From positions 39,663-103,662 of the forward strand of contig JAUXVJ010000024.1 of the NCBI GenBank assembly GCA_030684515.1: a stretch of 64,000 nt of DNA, in the 5' to 3' direction. Shown one piece after another: positions 19,290 through 28,006 of this stretch. The notes under the pieces were generated by a model. That model saw only the letters and a program-made list of their open reading frames with translations, was not told the DNA's origin and ran no database searches. Position 1 is the first letter of the stretch. The number at the start of each line of letters is the position of its first letter. This stretch comes from Actinomycetota bacterium. Its GTDB lineage: Bacteria > Actinomycetota > Actinomycetes > S36-B12. The position numbers and the translations under genes were made by a program.

Positions 19290-19718
19290 CTAATCGCGCT
19301 CCCCGACGTTGCGCAGCCTTTTGGTCTGACCGCGGTTCTTCTTGGCACTGATGCGTCGCTCCTGTGAGGCACGTGTTGGTCGTGTTGCGCGCCGCGCCTT
19401 GGGATCTGGAGCTACCGCCGCAGCCATTGTCGACACCAGGCGTTCCTCTGCGAGGCGTCGATTCTGCAACTGTGATCGTTGTTCTGACGCAGCGATTACC
19501 AGGCAGCCGTCAGTCAGGCGAGACGCGAGGCGTCGCACAGCGCGAGTGCGCATGAATGGCGACAGGCTGCGCGAATTCGCAACATCAAAGATCAACTGCA
19601 CTCGCGAATCTGTGGTGTTGACACTCTGCCCTCCCGGGCCCGAAGACCGAGAGAACTTCCAGGACAACTCGGCCCGGGGAATCGAGAGATTCACGTTGAT
19701 GAAGAGTTCGTCGTCCAC
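19290..19718 (-). CDS. arfB: Alternative ribosome-rescue factor ArfB (peptidyl-tRNA hydrolase, GGQ family)
   Basis: 142 aa. GPGGQSVNTTDSRVQL motif and a basic C-terminal tail. Confidence 0.85.
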   Translation of the reverse strand: MDDELFINVNLSIPRAELSWKFSRSSGPGGQSVNTTDSRVQLIFDVANSRSLSPFMRTRAVRRLASRLTDGCLVIAASEQRSQLQNRRLAEERLVSTMAAAVAPDPKARRATRPTRASQERRISAKKNRGQTKRLRNVGERD

Positions 19719-19752
19719 TCAGCAAGCATTGCGCATGCTGTGTGAAGTGGCG

Positions 19753-20322
19753 CTACGGGCGGCGCCCAAGCATGTCCAGGAGCCGCATCTGCAAGGGCGC
19801 ATCCTCGGCAACCGCCCCGCTGGGGCCTTCACCGAATACGCCGGTGGCAACGAGATGCCCAGCGGTCGGCGACAGGGTTTCCCAGAGACTGGAAACAATC
19901 ATCGGGTTGAGTTCGAGCTCGCCGCCAGTTGCCCGGGCAAGGTCCCAGGCGTGGATGGTGAGATCTACCAAGCGGAATCCGAACAACCGCGCGCCAGGCA
20001 GATCACCCGCGGGGTGCGGAACAATCTTCTCGAATGCTCCGGGCGCCGCAAACGCTCCCCGTTGCGCAGCTGCGCTCTCGTCGAATGCCTTCAGTGGGTC
20101 TGTGTCAGCCTCCGAAGCTGCCATCGCTGCGATGCCCTCTTCCCGGGATCCTCCGCCCAGCAGCACCACCGACATCCGATTGGCGCCGATGACGTGATCG
20201 ATCAGCGCTCGCACAGACCAATCCCCAAGATCGGTGGGCAACTCCCACTGAGCGGGAGTGATGGGCGCCAAACGCGCACGAAACTCAAGGCTGGCTGCGT
20301 CAAGGGGGGCAAGTTGATCCAT
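19753..20322 (-). CDS. TIGR03086-type DinB/MDMPI_N-domain metal-binding protein
   Basis: 189 aa. WSVRALIDHVIG...LVDLTIHAWDLARATG. Confidence 0.65.
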   Translation of the reverse strand: MDQLAPLDAASLEFRARLAPITPAQWELPTDLGDWSVRALIDHVIGANRMSVVLLGGGSREEGIAAMAASEADTDPLKAFDESAAAQRGAFAAPGAFEKIVPHPAGDLPGARLFGFRLVDLTIHAWDLARATGGELELNPMIVSSLWETLSPTAGHLVATGVFGEGPSGAVAEDAPLQMRLLDMLGRRP

Positions 20323-20391
20323 GCGTTGACACTAATCAGTCATCCGCCCGGAATATGAGGATTCATGAGTTCTGTCATCCCTTGCGTGCGA

Positions 20392-20952
20392 CTAGCTCCC
20401 ATTGCTGGCCATCTCCAGCAGGGTGTTCGCCGTATTCCAGTTACGCGCAGTGCCACCGATCTTCGGGCTGGATATTTGCCGCGCAAATTTGCTCGTGCCA
20501 ATACCGTCGGGCGTGTACAGGTAGATGAAACGTCCCATCACCTCCGCGAAATCCTCGCAGCCGGTGGTTTGCGCCTCAGCGACCGCAGCATCGATCTGCG
20601 CTATCCGCTGTGCCTCGACATTCTTCTCGAACACGATGCAGTGCAGCGCTTTGGCAGGTGCACCCTGTGGAACGGGCCATTGGTTGATCGCTCGAGCCAA
20701 CTCCTCAGTAGAGAGCGCAACTGTCGGCACCTTGAGGCCGAACTCCGATGCGATGGTCTCTTCCACGAGGGAGGCGACCTTGGCTGGGCTCAGTTTGGAC
20801 TTGCAGATCACATTGCCAGACTGGATGTACGTGCGGACGTCCTTGAGTCCGGCTTCAGTCAGGACCTCGCGCAATGAAGCCATGGGTAATTTGTTGCTGC
20901 CTGCGACATTGACGGCCCGTAGCAGCACAATCACCACACCCTCAGCAGCCAC
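20392..20952 (-). CDS. DUF1697-domain protein
   Basis: 186 aa from GTG 20952 (AGAGAGG SD 7 nt upstream). LLRAVNVAGSNKLPMASLREVL...RTYIQSGNV...GGTARNWNT. Confidence 0.7.
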   Translation of the reverse strand: MAAEGVVIVLLRAVNVAGSNKLPMASLREVLTEAGLKDVRTYIQSGNVICKSKLSPAKVASLVEETIASEFGLKVPTVALSTEELARAINQWPVPQGAPAKALHCIVFEKNVEAQRIAQIDAAVAEAQTTGCEDFAEVMGRFIYLYTPDGIGTSKFARQISSPKIGGTARNWNTANTLLEMASNGS

Positions 20953-21045
20953 TTGAGCACCTCTCTTAGCGTCAATCTCGGTGTGCAATTCGCCCCGCAG
21001 ATGGCGGGCTCGGTGACACACTTGCTCCCTCTCGAAGGAGCTTGC

Positions 21046-21795
21046 ATGTCTGTCTACACGATTTCGCACATCAACATCAATGTGGCCGATCTTGATGCCT
21101 CTGTGCACTTCTATATTGATGATCTCGGACTCAATCTCGTGCGTCGCGTGGGTGCGCCCTCGGAGAGCAAGGACGTTCCGAGCAGCGAAACCGCAATCAT
21201 CAACACCGGCGAGCGAGGAGTCAGCCTTGAGAACATTCAATATGACCTCGGCGCTCTTGAATCCTCGGTTCCGCCCACGGCGCCATCACTGGGAGTCATC
21301 GGCTTGCATCTGGAGTTGACCAGACGCGAGCTTGATGGATCCCAACTGGTGGATCCCGATGGCGTGCTCGTTGGGGTCAGCGCGTCTGATCGCAACCGCA
21401 TTGCAGGGGTCGATCTGCTCGTGGCGAATGTGGACGAGACAAGACGACACTGGAAGCAGTCACTTGATCTGCAGTTTCTGGATGCGCCCGAAGGCAGCGA
21501 CTACGACGCATTTGTCGAAGTACGCAGTTCGCAGGATCAATTCCGGATCACGATCAAGCAAGCCGACCTCCCGGCCGAGCACACGTCGGGCTATCAGCTG
21601 GGAGCTCGGAGGTTGGCCTTCACTGTCGATGATGTCGAGCAGTCATACTCGCGCGCGATGGCTGATGGCGCTCGATCAGAGTCCGCTCCTGCTCAATTTG
21701 AACTGGGCCCAGTCAAAATGATCGCCGGACTGTGGTTTGACCCCAATGGCGTGGTGCTGCAAGGCCTGCAATTCATCAAGGAACCGAAGGTCTGA
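21046..21795 (+). CDS. VOC-family protein (two glyoxalase-like modules)
   Basis: 249 aa from ATG 21046 with a GAAGGAG SD. ISHININVADLDASVHFYIDDLGL. Confidence 0.75.
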   Translation: MSVYTISHININVADLDASVHFYIDDLGLNLVRRVGAPSESKDVPSSETAIINTGERGVSLENIQYDLGALESSVPPTAPSLGVIGLHLELTRRELDGSQLVDPDGVLVGVSASDRNRIAGVDLLVANVDETRRHWKQSLDLQFLDAPEGSDYDAFVEVRSSQDQFRITIKQADLPAEHTSGYQLGARRLAFTVDDVEQSYSRAMADGARSESAPAQFELGPVKMIAGLWFDPNGVVLQGLQFIKEPKV

Positions 21796-21796
21796 G

Positions 21797-22342
21797 TCAG
21801 GACAGCTCGTCGATGATGGCGAACAACTGTGGAAGCACTTCGGCGAAGGCCTCGTATGTGGCCAACTCAGCAATCTCCTCGCGCGTGAACCAGCCGGCGG
21901 CCTGATTCTCCCAATGCAGTTCCGACGGCGGTGAGAACTTCTCTCGCACCTCAACTACCACGGTTGTATACGCCCAGGTCTCGTGCACGTGCTGCGCGTG
22001 GTCTCCCAGCACGATGATGTCGATGTCCAGTTCTATCTCTTCCTGAAATTCGCGCAGGGCACCTTGAACAGGGGTCTCCCCCGCTTCCAGCGCTCCCCCT
22101 GGCAGAGCCCACTGGCTGCGTCCGCCTTCGACGTTGTCGCCCCGTTGGGCCAGGAAGAATGACTCGTAACCATCGGCATCCACGTGCCGAATGAAGATCC
22201 CCGACGCTCCGTGGAGCCCCCAACGGCGCTGTCCATCGGGGAAGAAGACAAAGCCATCCCCGCTGCCGCCCCATGGGACCGGCACATAGACCGGTGTGTC
22301 CTTTTGCACTGCCTCGGCAGCAAACTGCTGGTGCCAATCCAC
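21797..22342 (-). CDS. NUDIX hydrolase
   Basis: 181 aa. Nudix box [24 protein letters not shown]. Confidence 0.85.
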   Translation of the reverse strand: MDWHQQFAAEAVQKDTPVYVPVPWGGSGDGFVFFPDGQRRWGLHGASGIFIRHVDADGYESFFLAQRGDNVEGGRSQWALPGGALEAGETPVQGALREFQEEIELDIDIIVLGDHAQHVHETWAYTTVVVEVREKFSPPSELHWENQAAGWFTREEIAELATYEAFAEVLPQLFAIIDELS

Positions 22343-22402
22343 GACAGGAGCCTAGGACCTGGGCAGGCCGTTTGTGTCAGGCTCAGACGATACGGTTCAT
22401 GC

Positions 22403-22606
22403 ATGGCTGCCCGTCGCTCCCGGAGTCTGGTGCTGGCCTTTGTCGCAACAAGCATTCTTTTGGTCTGGAATCTGTTTCACGACCGTTTTCTCGGATCCTT
22501 GGTAGCAACTCTTGTGTGCTTCGCCTTGGCGGGGTCCTTTGGGGCGCAAGCTATTCGTCTTGCCTGGCTCTCTCCCAAAGCTGAGGCTGCCACTCCTCGT
22601 TTGTAA
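22403..22606 (+). CDS. Possible small two-TM membrane protein
   Basis: 67 aa from ATG 22403, with two hydrophobic helices. No clear SD. Confidence 0.3.
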   Translation: MAARRSRSLVLAFVATSILLVWNLFHDRFLGSLVATLVCFALAGSFGAQAIRLAWLSPKAEAATPRL

Positions 22607-22764
22607 CGATTTCTTGATCGTTTCTTTACGTAATCGTGATGGTCTTATCGCACGTCGCGCGGAATATTGAGAGTGCGCAGATGTTGAACTCAATTGGAAC
22701 CAATGCAGTGGCATCTGCGTCAGATGCTCAACAGTTTGGGCCATGAGAGCGAAGGAGCACGACG

Positions 22765-23130
22765 ATGAACGAGACTTCAATGCGCGGTTCGCGAATTGGT
22801 GCGCTGAGCTATGAAAACGACCTCCATGTCGTTCCACCTGCAACGACTCCGCTGCAGTACGTATGCCCAGAGGGACACATCACCGTCGTTCCATTCTCGA
22901 TCGAAGCCGAGGATATCCCCCGCACGTGGGGTTGCCGTTGCGGCCGGGAAGCGACAGCTTCCAGTGAGCTGGACAACATGGCCTCAACGGACGTCAAGGA
23001 AGCACGTTATGTGCGCACCCATTGGGACATGCTGCTTGAGCGTCGTTCTATAGCCGAACTGGAAGAACTTCTCAACGAGCGTCTTGCTCTTCTGCACGGA
23101 CACGAGATACCGGTTCTGAAATCTGCTTAG
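22765..23130 (+). CDS. rbpA: RNA polymerase-binding protein RbpA
   Basis: 121 aa. RGSRIGALSYE... and RTHWDMLLERRSIAELEELLNERL are RbpA hallmarks. Confidence 0.9.
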   Translation: MNETSMRGSRIGALSYENDLHVVPPATTPLQYVCPEGHITVVPFSIEAEDIPRTWGCRCGREATASSELDNMASTDVKEARYVRTHWDMLLERRSIAELEELLNERLALLHGHEIPVLKSA

Positions 23131-23579
23131 CCGTCTCGCTCAACTGAGCGGGTATTGAAGGGGTCGTCATTCTCATGAATGACGACCCCTTCAACGATGT
23201 CACCACTGCCACCCCAGCTACGAACACGCCAATTCATTCCACCTGATGGCGTATTGAGATTGGTGAATGGTGCCGCAAGACGTGCTTGCACTCCGGGCAC
23301 GAACAGCAGCAGGGCAGCGATATCGGTCCAAAATCCGGGGATCATGAACAGCACTCCACTCAGCATGCGGAAGGTGATGGCCCGGCTTGGCGCCGCACTC
23401 CTTTTGGCTGCAGCCAGCGCAGCTCGTCCCGCGTTGCGAAAGACCATCCAGCCGATCGGTATGCCGATGAAGGAGATGAACAGTGCCCATCCCCAGCCAA
23501 ACCAAGTGACGAAGAAGAAGAAGGTGACGATCTCCAGCAATGGATAGCCGAAGATCACCAGGCGACGCAGGAAGGCCAT
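23127..23579 (-). CDS. fxsA: FxsA-family membrane protein
   Basis: 150 aa. N-terminal GYPLLEIVTFFFFVTWFGWGWALFISFIGIPIG. Synteny with ppm1/lnt as in mycobacteria. Confidence 0.75.
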   Translation of the reverse strand: MAFLRRLVIFGYPLLEIVTFFFFVTWFGWGWALFISFIGIPIGWMVFRNAGRAALAAAKRSAAPSRAITFRMLSGVLFMIPGFWTDIAALLLFVPGVQARLAAPFTNLNTPSGGMNWRVRSWGGSGDIVEGVVIHENDDPFNTRSVERDG

Positions 23580-24355
23580 TACTTCCCTCGTTCAGCGGCC
23601 GCACGCCTTCGCTGGGCCTTACGTCGCAAGCGCGTCACGCGATCATCGAAACCCCAGACAGTTACCCGCCAAAGCGCTTCAACCACGATGCGCTGACTCA
23701 TCTTGCTGGTGCCTGCCGTGCGTTCCACAAAGGTGATGGGCACCTCTTTGACTCGGAGCTTTCGCTGGGTCGCTCGCCAGGCGAGGTCTACCTGGAAGCA
23801 ATAGCCCTGAGAGGCGACTTCATGGAGATCCAGTTGGCGTAGCGCGTCAGCCCGGAAGGCTCGATAGCCACCGGTGGTGTCATGAATTGGGATCCCCAAG
23901 AGGATGCGCGAATACAGACTGCCGCCACGCGAGAGCAATTCGCGGCCCTTTGACCAATTCTCAACCTCGCCCCCATCAACCCAGCGTGAACCAAGAACCA
24001 GGTCGGCATCTTGCAAGGCATCCAGGAGGTCTGGCAGCTGTTCAGGCTGATGCGAACCGTCAGCGTCCATCTCCACCACGACGTCGAATCCCTCTTGCAG
24101 GGCCCATGCAAAGCCAGCCAGATAGGCAGCGCCGAGGCCTTCCTTGCCAAGCCGGTGCATGACATGGACCTGCGCGTCCAACGAGGCAATCTCTTGGGCG
24201 AGTTCACCGGTGCCATCGGGCGAATTGTCATCCACGATCAGGATTTCCGCGCTCGCAACACTTGCACGAACGCGAGCCACGATGGGCCTGACAGTGTCGA
24301 TCTCATTGAAGGTGGGGATGATGACCAGAATGCGGCCAAGGTCCTCGATGCTCAT
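23579..24355 (-). CDS. ppm1: Polyprenol monophosphomannose synthase (GT2)
   Basis: 258 aa. IIPTFNE...VDDNSPDGT...MDADGSH GT2 motifs. Overlaps lnt by 4 nt. Confidence 0.85.
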   Translation of the reverse strand: MSIEDLGRILVIIPTFNEIDTVRPIVARVRASVASAEILIVDDNSPDGTGELAQEIASLDAQVHVMHRLGKEGLGAAYLAGFAWALQEGFDVVVEMDADGSHQPEQLPDLLDALQDADLVLGSRWVDGGEVENWSKGRELLSRGGSLYSRILLGIPIHDTTGGYRAFRADALRQLDLHEVASQGYCFQVDLAWRATQRKLRVKEVPITFVERTAGTSKMSQRIVVEALWRVTVWGFDDRVTRLRRKAQRRRAAAERGK

Positions 24356-25941
24356 TCCGCCAGCCTATGTCGGCTTTGAACCCGCAGTCTGCCGACCCGC
24401 ACCATCAGGAAAAGCGCCAAGATCACACTCGCCCAAGCCCAGACGGCGGCCAGCGGACGACCGATCGCAGCGCTTGGGTTCTGAGTCCCGCGCAGTGCCA
24501 CCTCCTGTACGGCTGAACCCACCTCACCTTCACCAATCTGCGTAGTGATGCTTCCATCTGGAGCTATGAACGCACTCACGCCGGTGGTAGCAGCAACCAC
24601 AACACTTCGGCCAGTTTCCAGGGCTCGAAAGCGTTCGATCTGCAATTGCTGAATCGGCTGCGAAGTGCCTTCGTATGTCGCGTTGTTGGTCTGGACCGTC
24701 AAGACACGAGCACCACCATCGATGAGCGGATCGATGACAGTGTTGTAAGCGATCTCAAAGCAGATCACGTCGCCTATCTGCAGGCCATTGATGTCGAACA
24801 GTCCAGGCGTGCTGCCAGCAGCAAAATCCCTCGTGATGCGTGCAAAGCGATCAAAGAGATGAGCAATTGTTGAGCGGAAGGGAATGTACTCGCCAAAGGG
24901 CACGGGGTGCGTCTTGCTGTACGCCTGCCCCGGTCCGGTCAGTGGATCCCAGAGGATGCCCTGGTTCCAAACAGAAGTCGGATCTCCGGGCACATTCACG
25001 ATCGCTCCCACGAGTACGGGCGTATCGATTGCGCGCACACTTGTGCCAATTGCCGCGGCCGCGGCCATGTCCACATACGGGTCAAGGTCAGACGCATTCT
25101 CAGGCCACAGCACGAAGTCGGGCTTCTCCTGCACCCCAAGGGCCACGTCTCTTGCCAGCAGCATCGTCTGCCGCACGTGATTGTCGAGCACTGCCCTGCG
25201 GACGTCCATCGCGCCAAGCCCGCTCTGCGGGGTTCCGCCCTGCACCACGGCAATGCGCGCAGTGGCCGGGCCACCAACACGGTCACCTTGGGTAGGCGGA
25301 GTGAGCAGTAGCGGAAGCATCACGATGGCTACCGCGAGACCACCCCAGCCAAGAGCGCCTTTCAGATCTCCGCGGTGAATACCCAATGCGAGCGCAACGA
25401 CTGCACTGGCGCACAACACGATCGCGCCACTTGTGCCCAGTGCGCCAGTGATCATCGAGAGTCGGCCAAAGCTGGTGTCCACCTGCGCGAATGCAAGATT
25501 TCCCCAGGGAAAGCCTCCAAAGGGAAAGGTGCCACGAAGCCACTCCTGAGCAACCCACATGCCTGCCACCCAGAGCGGCCAGGCCGGCAGCCTGCTGAGC
25601 AAAGCGATACCCGCGCCCATCAGCGCGAAGTAGCTGGCGCAGACAAGTGACAGCAATATCCAGGCATCAATGCCCACAATGGTGAGCCAGTGCAAGAGCA
25701 TGAGGAAGAAGACGCTCGCGGAGATGAAAGCCAGCACGGCTGCTCGCACGGGGCTCGAGCCCACCAAGACTCCTACGAGCACTGCTACTGCCGGTAGCGC
25801 CATCCAGCCCACGGCCATGGGCGGGAATGCCAAACTCAGCGCTGCGCCACTGATGACGGCCAGTAGCACACGAGTGGCGAAGTCGAGATGCTTGTGTGAG
25901 CGGTGATCTAGCGCAACTTGCGAGGCTTGACTAGTCGACAA
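24352..25941 (-). CDS. lnt: Apolipoprotein N-acyltransferase
   Basis: 529 aa. N-terminal multi-TM region plus a C-terminal nitrilase/CN-hydrolase domain (VLWPENA...CFEIAY). Confidence 0.85.
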   Translation of the reverse strand: MSTSQASQVALDHRSHKHLDFATRVLLAVISGAALSLAFPPMAVGWMALPAVAVLVGVLVGSSPVRAAVLAFISASVFFLMLLHWLTIVGIDAWILLSLVCASYFALMGAGIALLSRLPAWPLWVAGMWVAQEWLRGTFPFGGFPWGNLAFAQVDTSFGRLSMITGALGTSGAIVLCASAVVALALGIHRGDLKGALGWGGLAVAIVMLPLLLTPPTQGDRVGGPATARIAVVQGGTPQSGLGAMDVRRAVLDNHVRQTMLLARDVALGVQEKPDFVLWPENASDLDPYVDMAAAAAIGTSVRAIDTPVLVGAIVNVPGDPTSVWNQGILWDPLTGPGQAYSKTHPVPFGEYIPFRSTIAHLFDRFARITRDFAAGSTPGLFDINGLQIGDVICFEIAYNTVIDPLIDGGARVLTVQTNNATYEGTSQPIQQLQIERFRALETGRSVVVAATTGVSAFIAPDGSITTQIGEGEVGSAVQEVALRGTQNPSAAIGRPLAAVWAWASVILALFLMVRVGRLRVQSRHRLAE

Positions 25942-27055
25942 TGACGAGTTCGCGTGTCTGATTGTTCATCGATTCCACACCGCTTTCCGTGCACACGACG
26001 ATGTCTTCAATGCGTGCGCCAAATCGACCTTGGTCGTAGAAACCTGGCTCGATACTGAAGGCCATGCCTGGTTCGAGTGCCAGCGAATTGCCCTGCATGA
26101 TGTAAGGCTCCTCGTGCGTCTGCATGCCGATGCCGTGACCCGTGCGATGGATGAATTGTTCGCCCAGACCAGCTTCCGACAGTCGATCGCGGGCTGCGCT
26201 GTCGATCTGTGCGCACGTCACTCCGGGAGCTGCCAGGGACGATGCTTGATGTTGCGCTTGGAACAGCTGTGCGTACTTCTCCAGGTATTCGGTCCCCGGA
26301 TCGCCCACCGAGTACATGCGGGTGCAGTCGCTGCAGTATCCGTCGGGCATAGTGCCGCCGATATCGACCACCACCGAATCGCCATGCTCAATAACCCGGT
26401 CGGAAAGCTCATGGTGTGGGCTGGCTCCATTGGGACCCGCCGCGACAATGACAAAGTCCACACTGACATGTCCGACGGCGATGATGAGCTCGGCTATGTC
26501 ACGCCCCACTTCACGTTCGGTACGGCCAGCCCGCAAGAGGCTTGGCACACGCGCATGAACGAGATCGATTGCTGCACCGGCTCGTCGCAGAGCGTCAATC
26601 TCACGGGAGTCCTTGCGCATCCTGATGGGCTCAATCAGCGGTCCGGCAGCGGTCTGTGCTGCATCGGGCATTGCATCGCGCATGCGCAGGACCTTGGAAG
26701 CCCACATATGGTCATCGATGGCAACGCGTCTCGCCGACGGAATGAGATCTGCTACCCGGGCGTAGGAGTTCTCCATCTCATTGCACCCGATGATCGGGAT
26801 CCCCATCGTGCCGATCGGGCTCACTAATGCTGCGGGCACTTCAAGAGATGGCACGACGATGACTGGATCGCCATCGGCCGGCAGCACCAGGCATGTCAGT
26901 CGTTCGAGCGCTTTGGCGTCGTAACCGGTGAGATAGCGAAGATCGGCACCCGGCGTCACAAGTACGGCGTCGATGCCAGCCTGTCGTGCGGCCGTTCGAA
27001 CGCGATCCATGCGCGAGATGAAGTCGGCGGGACCGAAGCTTGCTTCCATCAGCAC
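25931..27055 (-). CDS. M24-family metallopeptidase (Xaa-Pro dipeptidase-like)
   Basis: 374 aa. Pita-bread metal ligand blocks VVDIGG...YCSDCTR, HRTGHGIG and SIEPG. Confidence 0.85.
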   Translation of the reverse strand: MLMEASFGPADFISRMDRVRTAARQAGIDAVLVTPGADLRYLTGYDAKALERLTCLVLPADGDPVIVVPSLEVPAALVSPIGTMGIPIIGCNEMENSYARVADLIPSARRVAIDDHMWASKVLRMRDAMPDAAQTAAGPLIEPIRMRKDSREIDALRRAGAAIDLVHARVPSLLRAGRTEREVGRDIAELIIAVGHVSVDFVIVAAGPNGASPHHELSDRVIEHGDSVVVDIGGTMPDGYCSDCTRMYSVGDPGTEYLEKYAQLFQAQHQASSLAAPGVTCAQIDSAARDRLSEAGLGEQFIHRTGHGIGMQTHEEPYIMQGNSLALEPGMAFSIEPGFYDQGRFGARIEDIVVCTESGVESMNNQTRELVIVD

Positions 27056-27088
27056 AATCTAAGGCATACCTGCTGCCAAGATGCTGTC

Positions 27089-28006
27089 ATGCGCACTGGT
27101 CCGGTCCTGCTGCTTGACTCAGCCTCCCTGTACTACCGAAGCTTCTACGCTTTGCCTGACTCCATGAAGGCGCCGGACGGACGTCCGCATCAGGCGCTAC
27201 GCGGCTTCTTGTCCATGCTGAACGCTTTTCATGAGCAATTCTCGCCTTCAGGCATCGTGGCCTGTTGGGATGCCGACTGGCGACCTGAGTGGCGGGTTGA
27301 GTTGATGCCCTCGTACAAGGCCCACCGAGTGGCGCGAGTGATGCCGGATGGCAGCTGGCAGGAAGAAGAGCCTGATGAGCTGACTCCCCAAGCACAGGCA
27401 CTGGCTGAACTGCTGGACGCTGCGGGAATCGCCCGCGTAGGCCTCGCTGACTATGAGGCCGACGATGTGCTGGCCAGTCTCGCCTCATCGATTCCAGGAC
27501 CGATCGTTGTCATCTCAGGTGATCGCGACCTGGTGCAGCTTGTCGACGACGCTGCAAAGACACAGGTGTTCCTCGCCGTGAACGGTGGTATGCCCAAATG
27601 GCCCTTGCTTGATGCGCAAGGTGTGGTCGCTCGCTATGGAGTGCGGGCCGACCAGTACGTCGACCTGGCCATCATGCGCGGAGATCCGTCCGACGGTATC
27701 CCTGGAGTGCCGGGTATCGGCCAGAAGACAGCTTCGGCTCTGCTGCATGAATACGGGAGCCTTGACGGGATTCTCGACGCTGCCAAGGGCCCAGCAAAAT
27801 CACCTCTGACTCCTCGCATCCAAGGTCTGCTGCTGGAGCATGCTGACGAGGTGCGCACTGCACGAACAGTGGCTACTGCTGTCCGCGATCTCCACGTGCA
27901 AGTTGATCCTGCGGTTCCCGAACGAGCCAGGGATGGCGTCGGAGTTGCAAGGATCGTTGAGCAGTGGGGACTGCAACGATTCATCCCCGACTGGTTCCCG
28001 GCTTAG
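27089..28006 (+). CDS. 5'-3' exonuclease (FEN/Pol I N-terminal-domain family)
   Basis: 305 aa. LLLDSASLYYRSFYA, EADDVLASL, SGDRDLVQLV, and an H3TH GIPGVPGIGQKTA. Confidence 0.85.
   Translation: MRTGPVLLLDSASLYYRSFYALPDSMKAPDGRPHQALRGFLSMLNAFHEQFSPSGIVACWDADWRPEWRVELMPSYKAHRVARVMPDGSWQEEEPDELTPQAQALAELLDAAGIARVGLADYEADDVLASLASSIPGPIVVISGDRDLVQLVDDAAKTQVFLAVNGGMPKWPLLDAQGVVARYGVRADQYVDLAIMRGDPSDGIPGVPGIGQKTASALLHEYGSLDGILDAAKGPAKSPLTPRIQGLLLEHADEVRTARTVATAVRDLHVQVDPAVPERARDGVGVARIVEQWGLQRFIPDWFPA

Noticed and set aside
22184-22606. 140-aa ORF upstream of rbpA
   Set aside because: Its 5' two-thirds are antisense to the NUDIX gene. Only the last 67 codons (from ATG 22403) could be a real small membrane protein, and that is reported with low confidence.
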